A DNA stretch of 64,000 nucleotides. Source: Deltaproteobacteria bacterium. Lineage in GTDB: Bacteria; Desulfobacterota; Desulfobacteria; Desulfobacterales; JAHEIW01. The stretch is taken from the NCBI GenBank assembly GCA_024639185.1, contig JAHEIW010000006.1, positions 10,647 through 74,646 of the forward strand, read 5' to 3'. This document shows positions 57,352 to 64,000 of the stretch, in pieces. The position numbers and the translations under genes were made by a program. Every line of letters begins with the position of its first letter. The stretch's first letter is position 1. The notes beneath the pieces are model-generated. The model had not been told where the DNA came from and ran no database searches. It saw only the letters and a program-made list of their open reading frames with translations.

Positions 57352-57556
57352 AAGCCCCCCTTTTTTCACCGGGCAGCAACCCCATCCGGGTTGTTTAATG
57401 GTTGGCGCCTGTTTTTGCCCTTGCCCTGCCACTTTGCTTCAAATATATAATAACATAAGGGTTGAATTTTCAACCCTTGCGCAACCGATAACATAAGCGC
57501 TTGTATTCGATTAACAACCGGCCGCCGCCAAATCGTATCATGCCTTTGGCGTTTGG

Positions 57557-57829
57557 ATGCTATCTATGCGCAAACGGCGTATCTGCCCCTTTTTAAAATT
57601 CTGCACCCGAGAGTATTCAAATGGGAATGAGGAAAATTCGCAGGCGTTTTCAAAAAGCGCTTTCATTTTTGGCAACGAAGAATTCGGGCATCAATTTGAC
57701 AAGGATCGCTATCCTGGAATCAAATCGCTGAAAATTCATCAGGTGGGCAAGGTGGAGAGCTTGAATGTGAGCATTGCGGCGTCGATTGTTATGTACGAGT
57801 ACATCCGTCAGCACGGAAGTGGTTTTTAA
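57557..57829 (+). pseudogene. Remnant of a SpoU/TrmH-TrmL-family RNA 2'-O-methyltransferase (C-terminal motifs only)
   Basis: AFIFGNEEFG and KVESLNVSIAASIVMYEY match SpoU motifs 2 and 3. The N-terminal half of the fold is missing. An upstream out-of-frame stretch reads ...YLCANGVSAPF*. Confidence 0.5.
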
Positions 57830-57849
57830 ACCCTCATCTCTTGGCCGAT

Positions 57850-57960
57850 GGCTGCGTTACAATTCGACCCAATATACTCGCGTACTACCGTGTACGCTAC
57901 GTTTTTGAATCGAATTAAGCCTTGCCCTCGACCAAGATCTAAAGGTTTAAAAGCCACTTC
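57850..57960. repeat. Palindromic repeat family (core CGCGTACTACCGTGTACGCTACG), copy 1
   Basis: An inverted copy with the core GAGCGTACACGGTAGTACGTGAGC lies at 62190-62310. The flanks are also shared (GATGGCTGCGTTA..., ...AAGCCTTGCCCTC). Confidence 0.7.
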
Positions 57961-58040
57961 AACATAACTAAAAAAAACGGACGGTTTCCGGTAAATGGGC
58001 GACCGGAAATGCCCGTTAGGTTTTTTAGATTCTACTTGCC

Positions 58041-58724
58041 TTACAGCTCGATGGATTCGCCGGGGCTCATCACGGTTACGCTGGCAGCGGTTTCTTTCTT
58101 AACCCGTTTGGCCCAGGCGTGAGGATCCTGTTTGATGACATCAAATGTATCATAATGAATCGGAACCACCTGTCGCGGTTCGATCAGTTTGACCGCGCGC
58201 AGCGCATCATCAGGGCCCATTGTGAAGTTATCGCCGATTGGCAAAATGGCCAGATCGATGCCTTCTTCTCCGATTAGCTTCATGTCATAGAAGAGGCCGG
58301 TGTCACAGGCGTGATAGATTTTTTTGCCGTCAATATACAACAAAAATCCGCAGGGATTTCCACCGTAGGAGCCATCCGGCAGAGCCGAACCATGCTGGGC
58401 AATGGTCAGTTTGACCCTGCCCCAGGGGTAATCGAAGCCACCACCGATGTGCTGCGGATGCGTATTTTCAACCCCCTGGCCGATCAGCCAGTTCTGGATT
58501 TCATAATTGGATATGACGATAGCGTTGGTGCGTTTGGCGATGTTAATCGTATCTCCCAGATGATCGCCATGGCCATGCGACACAAGGATATAGTCGGTTT
58601 GAATCTCATCGGCCGTGCCGGAAGCCAGCGGGTTGTCACTCAGAAAAGGGTCGATTAACAAACGGCTTTGATCGGTTTCGATCAGAAAGCAGGCATGACT
58701 GAACCAGGAAATTTTTATCGTCAC
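58041..58724 (-). CDS. UPF0173-family metal-dependent hydrolase (MBL fold)
   Basis: MTIKISWFSHACFLIETDQSRLLIDPFLSDNP...ILVSHGHGDHLGD. Confidence 0.85.
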   Translation of the reverse strand: MTIKISWFSHACFLIETDQSRLLIDPFLSDNPLASGTADEIQTDYILVSHGHGDHLGDTINIAKRTNAIVISNYEIQNWLIGQGVENTHPQHIGGGFDYPWGRVKLTIAQHGSALPDGSYGGNPCGFLLYIDGKKIYHACDTGLFYDMKLIGEEGIDLAILPIGDNFTMGPDDALRAVKLIEPRQVVPIHYDTFDVIKQDPHAWAKRVKKETAASVTVMSPGESIEL

Positions 58725-58754
58725 AGTGCCCCTCCTTTTTGTTCGCCAGGATAC

Positions 58755-59738
58755 TTATAAGAATTTTTCGATTTTAGCGCCGCTTCTAAGGCTCTGGATG
58801 TAAGTGCTGGCTTCAGTATCCATCTTCTGCTTTTTGAGGTGCTCGGAAAGCTGCTCTTTGACATCAGCATAAGCCACTTTTTGAGCGGGCTTTTTATCAA
58901 CGACCTTGATCAGGTGATAACCGAATTGGGTCTCGACAATGTCACTGGTCTGGTTGGGCTTCAGATCAAAAGCTGCATCTTCAAAGGGTTTGACCATCTG
59001 ACCGCGCCTGAAATAGCCCAGGTCGCCGCCTTTTGGACCGCTGGGCCCTTCTGAATAGGTTTTTGCCAGCGACGCAAAATCTTCGCCCTTTTTAGCCTTT
59101 TTCTGAACGGTTTCGATTTTTTTGCGGGCCTCATCCTTTTTTTCCTGAGGCGCATCAGCATCCACTTTAACCAGAATATGGCTGGCCTTGACTTGCTCGG
59201 GTTGCTGGAAAAGCTGCGGGTTGGCATCGTAATACGATTTTGCTTCTTCTTCGCCAATCTTAACTTTTGTTCGCACTTCTTTGTCGATCAATTGCTGGAT
59301 GGCCAAGCCGCGTTCAATCTGAATCCTAACATCCGATTCGGTAAGTCCCATGTTGCTCAACAGCTGCTCGAATTCCCCTTCTTTGGCGTAGCGTTGCTTG
59401 ATTTTTTGAATTTCAGCATCAACCTCCTTGACGTCAACTTTGATGCCTTTTTTCTTGGTTTCCTGAAAGAGTAATTCGCGGTCAATCAGGCTGTCCAGCA
59501 CCTGGTTTTTCATCATCCCCATTTGGGCTTGAGGCACCTGTTGCCCCTGCTGGTTGGCCCGCTTGATGTAAAAATCCATTTCACGATTAAAATCGTCTTT
59601 GCTGATGGCAACACCGTTGACAACAGCCGCTTGACCGGCGGGTTCTTTTTTCTCTTCTGCCAGAGCCAGAGTCGATGCCAGCATAAGCGTCATGGCGATC
59701 ACTATTAAAAAGACCGGCCGGTTGATGGAAAAGTTCAT
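58755..59738 (-). CDS. Secreted parvulin-type peptidyl-prolyl isomerase (SurA/PrsA-like)
   Basis: Signal peptide, SurA-N-like helical part, and parvulin core VKASHILVKV...GGDLGYFRRGQMVKPFEDAAF. Confidence 0.85.
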   Translation of the reverse strand: MNFSINRPVFLIVIAMTLMLASTLALAEEKKEPAGQAAVVNGVAISKDDFNREMDFYIKRANQQGQQVPQAQMGMMKNQVLDSLIDRELLFQETKKKGIKVDVKEVDAEIQKIKQRYAKEGEFEQLLSNMGLTESDVRIQIERGLAIQQLIDKEVRTKVKIGEEEAKSYYDANPQLFQQPEQVKASHILVKVDADAPQEKKDEARKKIETVQKKAKKGEDFASLAKTYSEGPSGPKGGDLGYFRRGQMVKPFEDAAFDLKPNQTSDIVETQFGYHLIKVVDKKPAQKVAYADVKEQLSEHLKKQKMDTEASTYIQSLRSGAKIEKFL

Positions 59739-60160
59739 TTAATTGTCTCCTTTAAATTTGGGTAAAAAAAAAGACCCCGAAGCGCCTCTTTTTTCGATTG
59801 AATAGTATAAAAAGCAAACTCTGAGAAATACAGGGCGTCTAAATCCAAATCGTCCCAGTTCTATGAAATAATGCTGTTATTATAAAACACTGCTCATAAA
59901 TTTTCAACCATTGTACTGCACCGCTGACAAATACCCGTGACTTCCGCACCGTTTGACGGCAGTTTTGGCCTCAATCAGCAATAGAAAACTGAATGCAACA
60001 CGTGCCTTCCTGTAAAGCTGCGGACTCAGAATCTGATCCAAGCATCAATCTTAATCCAATTTTATTACAGACCCCGGTTAGCGGTCGCTGTGGTCATAAT
60101 CGGATGATCTGTGATACCGGCACCCTTTTTTGAAAAGCGATCATCAGAAATGTCATTGTA

Positions 60161-60190
60161 TTGACCCGCCCCTTTGAGTGTGAAATAATA
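60161..60190 (+). promoter_or_regulatory. Possible sigma-70 promoter for rocD
   Basis: TTGACC (60161-60166), 17 nt, AATAAT (60184-60189). Confidence 0.3.
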
Positions 60191-60247
60191 GAACCCAATT
60201 AGGGACTACTGCTTGTTTTTTCATAGCCTTACCCGGGAGGACACGCC

Positions 60248-61450
60248 ATGGAAGCGCAAGATTACATCAACCTGGAAAATGAATTCGGTGCCCATAACTA
60301 CAAGCCGCTGGATGTGGTTTTACAGCGCGGCGAAGGCATCTGGGTTTGGGATGTTGCCGGCAACAAATATATGGATTGCTTGTCGGCCTATTCAGCGGTT
60401 AATCAGGGGCATTGCCATCCGAAAATCAAGGGCACCTTAATCGAGCAATCACAGATATTGACCCTGACTTCCCGGGCGTTTCGCAACGATCAACTGGGCC
60501 TGCTGTATAAAGAGCTCTGTGCATTGACCAATTCCCACAAGGTTTTGCCGATGAACAGCGGCGCCGAGGCGGTTGAGACGGTTATCAAGGCTGTTCGCAA
60601 GTGGGGCTATCAGGTCAAAGGGGTCGCTGAAAATAAGGCTGAAATCATCGTGTGCGAAAATAATTTTCACGGTCGCACCATCACCATCGTTGGTTTCAGC
60701 ACGGACAGATCATCCCGCGAAAATTTCGGTCCCTTTACCCCCGGATTCAAGATTATTCCTTACGGTGATAGTGATGCCCTCGAAGCGGCTATTACCCCGA
60801 ATACGGTCGCTTTTCTGGCAGAGCCCATCCAGGGTGAAGCCGGTGTGATCATCCCGCCTGATGGCTACCTGCGCAAAGCCAGATCGATCTGTTCGCAAAA
60901 CAACGTCGTTATGATTCTGGATGAAATCCAGACCGGCCTCGGGCGCACCGGCAAGCTGCTGGCTGAAGCGCATGAGGGGATCGAAGCCGACCTGACGCTG
61001 ATCGGCAAAGCGCTTTCCGGCGGTTTTTATCCCATTTCAGCGGTTTTATCCAACAAGGAGGTAATGGATGTTTTGCGTCCCGGGGAGCACGGCAGCACTT
61101 TTGGCGGCAACCCGTTGGCCTGCGCTATTGCCCGAACAGCGCTCAAGGTTTTGGTTGAGGAGGGTATGATTGAAAATGCCGCCCGGATGGGGGATTATTT
61201 TTTATCGAATCTTGCCGGCATCAAGGCGCCTCACATCAAAACCGTACGGGGCAGGGGGCTTATGTTGGCTGTTGAAATGACAGATGAGGCCGGTGGCGCC
61301 CGCCAATATTGTGAGCAATTGATGGCCCGGGGCCTGCTATGCAAAGAGACCCATGAAAATACGATTCGTTTTGCCCCGCCGCTGGTGATCACCAAAGAAG
61401 AAATCGACTGGGCTCTGGAGCGCATCGAAACGGTTTTGAGCTCCGGGTAG
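60248..61450 (+). CDS. rocD: Ornithine aminotransferase (ornithine--oxo-acid transaminase)
   Basis: [45 protein letters not shown] is the RocD-type N-terminus. Class-III aminotransferase body with [13 protein letters not shown]. Confidence 0.85.
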   Translation: MEAQDYINLENEFGAHNYKPLDVVLQRGEGIWVWDVAGNKYMDCLSAYSAVNQGHCHPKIKGTLIEQSQILTLTSRAFRNDQLGLLYKELCALTNSHKVLPMNSGAEAVETVIKAVRKWGYQVKGVAENKAEIIVCENNFHGRTITIVGFSTDRSSRENFGPFTPGFKIIPYGDSDALEAAITPNTVAFLAEPIQGEAGVIIPPDGYLRKARSICSQNNVVMILDEIQTGLGRTGKLLAEAHEGIEADLTLIGKALSGGFYPISAVLSNKEVMDVLRPGEHGSTFGGNPLACAIARTALKVLVEEGMIENAARMGDYFLSNLAGIKAPHIKTVRGRGLMLAVEMTDEAGGARQYCEQLMARGLLCKETHENTIRFAPPLVITKEEIDWALERIETVLSSG

Positions 61451-61496
61451 AAATGACTGCCAATCCCCATATTTCTTTTGGAAAATTCAACTAATA

Positions 61497-61649
61497 AGTG
61501 ACTAAAGTGAGCTAAAGTTTGAAGTGCCTAAAGTTAAGGTATCGCTTGGCTCCATCTTTTAAAAATGATCGTTCGACCCTGAGGCTCTCGACGGGTAGAA
61601 TTCATTAACTTTAGTCACTTTAGATCATTTTAGGCATTTTAGGCACTTG
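61497..61649. repeat. Palindromic element (CTAAAGT/ACTTTAG repeats)
   Basis: Left arm AAGTGACTAAAGTGAGCTAAAGTTTGAAGTGCCTAAAGTTAA faces right arm TTAACTTTAGTCACTTTAGATCATTTTAGGCATTTTAGGCACTT. Confidence 0.75.
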
Positions 61650-61690
61650 TTTATGTGAGCATTTTGAACCGAATTGAAGCGGCCATATCA

Positions 61691-61859
61691 TTTCCCGCAA
61701 GGCGATATGAATTTTATGGTGCCGGTGTCCCGCTATTTGGGATTTAACCGGCGTTATTATTAGTCCAAAGGCCTATTTGCCGCTCATCCCAAATAGCAGG
61801 ACACGGTGTGGTTTCGGGACAACTTATCCACATATCGCCTTTCGGAAAATAACATGCCC
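61691..61859 (+). repeat. Long-hairpin element, tandem copy 1
   Basis: Outer stem TTTCCCGCAAGGCGATATG / CATATCGCCTTTCGGAAA. Inner stem GTGTCCCGCTATTTGGGAT (61725-61743) / ATCCCAAATAGCAGGACAC (61786-61804). 3' tail GAAAATAACATGCCC. Confidence 0.7.
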
Positions 61860-61951
61860 TCTGTGCTGATCATTCAGTCCGTAATCGGACCCATTTGAAA
61901 CTAGCGAACCGTTATTAATCAAACGCAATTGATGCCGGTCATGTCAATTTC

Positions 61952-62116
61952 TTTCAGGCGCTATGATCGGCAAGTTGCCTGTGGCCGGATATATGGGATT
62001 AAACCTGCACTGCGATAAAGCCGAAGGTTTCGTTGCCGTTAATCCCAAATATCCGGCCACGATGCGACAGAGGGGGTATTTTATCGGCATAGCGTCTTCC
62101 AGAAAATAACATGCCC
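61952..62116 (+). repeat. Long-hairpin element, tandem copy 2
   Basis: Inner stem GTGGCCGGATATATGGGATT (61981-62000) / AATCCCAAATATCCGGCCAC (62041-62060). Same 3' tail GAAAATAACATGCCC. Confidence 0.7.
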
Positions 62117-62189
62117 GGCTTGATTCTTTGATTGAGCTAAACCGCTGCGCACTGTATTTTTGTAAATTAATTGAAGCTAAAATTGTTTT

Positions 62190-62310
62190 CAAAGTGCCGG
62201 ATCATGCCTGAGGGCAAGGCTTTAGTCGTCTTAAAAGTGGAGCGTACACGGTAGTACGTGAGCATTTTAAGACGGCTTATAACGCAGCCATCAGGCATTA
62301 GATGGGGCTT
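62190..62310. repeat. Palindromic repeat family, copy 2 (inverted relative to 57850-57960)
   Basis: See 57850-57960. Confidence 0.7.
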
Positions 62311-62321
62311 TGAAAACAATT

Positions 62322-63584
62322 TTATATTGAACAATAGAGGAAGCCGCAGACAGCCTTCGGGTAAAAAAAGGTGGATTTGGGGGGCATGGTGTAGCCACAG
62401 TCACAGACGCGTTTCACATCTTCGATGCCGACGTCATTGGTCACAATCGCCATCTGCGCTTCATGCTTGATAACCGCAGTCATGCACTTTGTAAAGTTTC
62501 GCTCATACTCAATTTTGCGGGATGCGTTTTGTTTTTTCCCCGGAATGCCCAGGATCTCCTGGATAATAAAATAATGCGCCACTGTCAGATCCAGCTGCTT
62601 TACCTGATCTGGGAAATTCCATTTTAATTCCGGAAGGGCTTCCGATTTTAGTCGCACCGCATATGCATTTTCGGCAAAGATAAGGCCGAATGTCCAGGGT
62701 TTGCCTACAATGACCTCGTGAATGTCGTTGGGGTCCGCCACCGGCTTAATGTTAAAGTTTTTTTCAAATTTTTTCATGGTGGTGGTTTCATCGAAATTAT
62801 TCAACTTTTTGATCAGACGATGGGTAGGCAGTATGCGCAGGTCGCTGGCTTCTGTGTTGGTTAACCACATCAGGTGATAATTGTAGCCCTCTTTGCCTGT
62901 ATGTTCGGGGTTTGCGCGCATCTGCTGTTTCATATAGGCCAGAGAACCGGCGTAGCGGTGGTGGCCGTCAGCCAGAATGATGCGTTCGTCTTTTAAGCGC
63001 TCGACGAAATGCGCAATAATGGTTTCATCCCGGATTACCCCCATGGCATCGATGACCCCCTGGTAATCCTCGGCTTTGCAAAGCGGGTCCTGGATGCAGG
63101 CATCCATGTAGGATTCCAATTCAAATGATTCATCGCTATAAAGACCGTGGGTCGGGCTGGCGTTTAGCCGGGTTTCGGCCAGCAATTCGAGTTGCCCGTC
63201 GACGGCATCATCCATGACATTTTCGTGCCGTAAAATAATGTTGTCCTGCCATTCATGGACTCTGATCTTGCAGATAAACCCTCTGCGGATATAGGGTTCA
63301 GGATCAGACGGCAGGGAAAAATATTGATAATAGACATAAATGCCGGGCACTTCATCCCGTACGATAACTTTATTACGTTTCCATTTCGCTAAAGCAGCAG
63401 CTGCGTTTTTGGCTGGATGTTCCCCCCGGGGGATGGACAGATGGATGCTGTTTAACGGATTGCCGTAAAGCGCCTCCCGCTGCTTTTCAGAAGCAACGTC
63501 AAACAGCGGAGAGGTAAGCTGCCCGATGTTTTCCAACAATGACGGGCGATACCGCCAAGCTCTGAAGGGTTTTATTTCGGCCAT
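62322..63584 (-). CDS. DUF1015-family protein
   Basis: MAEIKPFRAWRYRP...LTSPLFDVASEKQREALY...NSIHLSIP is the family N-terminus. The ORF-track start at 63677 is probably too far upstream. Confidence 0.8.
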   Translation of the reverse strand: MAEIKPFRAWRYRPSLLENIGQLTSPLFDVASEKQREALYGNPLNSIHLSIPRGEHPAKNAAAALAKWKRNKVIVRDEVPGIYVYYQYFSLPSDPEPYIRRGFICKIRVHEWQDNIILRHENVMDDAVDGQLELLAETRLNASPTHGLYSDESFELESYMDACIQDPLCKAEDYQGVIDAMGVIRDETIIAHFVERLKDERIILADGHHRYAGSLAYMKQQMRANPEHTGKEGYNYHLMWLTNTEASDLRILPTHRLIKKLNNFDETTTMKKFEKNFNIKPVADPNDIHEVIVGKPWTFGLIFAENAYAVRLKSEALPELKWNFPDQVKQLDLTVAHYFIIQEILGIPGKKQNASRKIEYERNFTKCMTAVIKHEAQMAIVTNDVGIEDVKRVCDCGYTMPPKSTFFYPKAVCGFLYCSI

Positions 63585-63882
63585 GGTGCAATCAAACTCC
63601 GCATGGGCGATCATTGTTAGCAGACGCCTGAATCCGGCGGCTATTGTACGTGTGAATGCGGTTGTATACAAGCACAAAAATAATACGTTCAGATTGGCGC
63701 GGGTTTGATTAATTTTAGAGGCAACCTAAAGCAAGCGGTGTGTCTGGCAGGTGGATTCTGATTTTCTTAGAGTAAAAATATGTCAAATAGAGTCAAATAA
63801 AGTAAAATGGAGTAAAGATAAGTCAAAAAAAACAGGATATATTTATACCCTGCTTATTCGCATTCAAAGCTTTTAATCCTTA

Positions 63883-63999
63883 TCAGGATAAGTCTCTGTA
63901 GGCCTCTCTCAGGTCCATCACCGCTCTTCTCTGCACAAAAGAGAGTCTGCGGCGATCAAATCCACTGCGGCGTTCGGTGCGTACTCTTCTTTCCGGGCC
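63883..63999 (-). CDS. C-terminal part of a fourth (D/E)RR-repeat protein (partial, enters from window end)
   Basis: Frame open from the window end: GPERRVRTERRSGFDRRRLSFVQRRAVMDLREAYRDLS*. Contains the same ERRSGxDRRR motif. Confidence 0.4.
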   Translation of the reverse strand, partial: GPERRVRTERRSGFDRRRLSFVQRRAVMDLREAYRDLS

Positions 64000-64000
64000 C

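Noticed and set aside
1-64000. Looked for rRNA, tRNA and CRISPR arrays, and for prophage or integrase hallmarks
   Set aside because: I saw no tRNA-like T-arm or acceptor patterns, no rRNA-like conserved blocks and no regularly spaced direct repeats with unique spacers. There are no integrase, capsid or terminase-like ORFs. This was done by eye only, so a short tRNA could have been missed.

Overview
This 64-kb chromosomal window looks like a Desulfobacterales-type deltaproteobacterium. That assignment is an inference from gene content only: an octahaem cytochrome with a Rieske/cytochrome b complex, a sigma-54 signal, a candidate UGA-selenocysteine gene and dense palindromic repeats. About 60 protein genes are supportable, mostly on the minus strand. 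They include gdhA with a glutamate-synthase-like FMN protein, a sulfatase cluster, an ACC deaminase with a GntR regulator, acpH, rocD, and a yhhQ/NUDIX pair. I saw no rRNA, tRNA or CRISPR array.

Items worth follow-up:
1. A translationally coupled pair of large membrane-associated dynamin-like GTPases (19910-23662). A radical-SAM enzyme and a THEP1-like NTPase follow it, and an operon encoding an SbcD-like phosphoesterase and a degenerate-DnaQ/GIY-YIG protein runs divergently from it.
2. A 336-387 bp structured element bounded by terminal inverted repeats (TIRs). It is present twice in inverted orientation (19495-19881 and 49296-49631), brackets 29.4 kb, and shows stem covariation.
3. A secreted rhodanese whose fold is complete only if an in-frame UGA (29579-29581) is read through. 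A SECIS-like hairpin follows that UGA.
4. An orphan transcription unit of about 205 nt with a near-consensus promoter and a strong terminator (28048-28290).
5. A scrambled locus at 347-3812 containing a REP-associated tyrosine transposase (RAYT)-like gene, duplicated gene stubs and pseudogenes.
6. Four paralogous (D/E)RR-repeat proteins.
7. Many distinct REP/MITE-like palindromic repeat families.

All calls rest on reading the sequence and ORF translations by eye. No searches or folding programs were run, and start codons are approximate.
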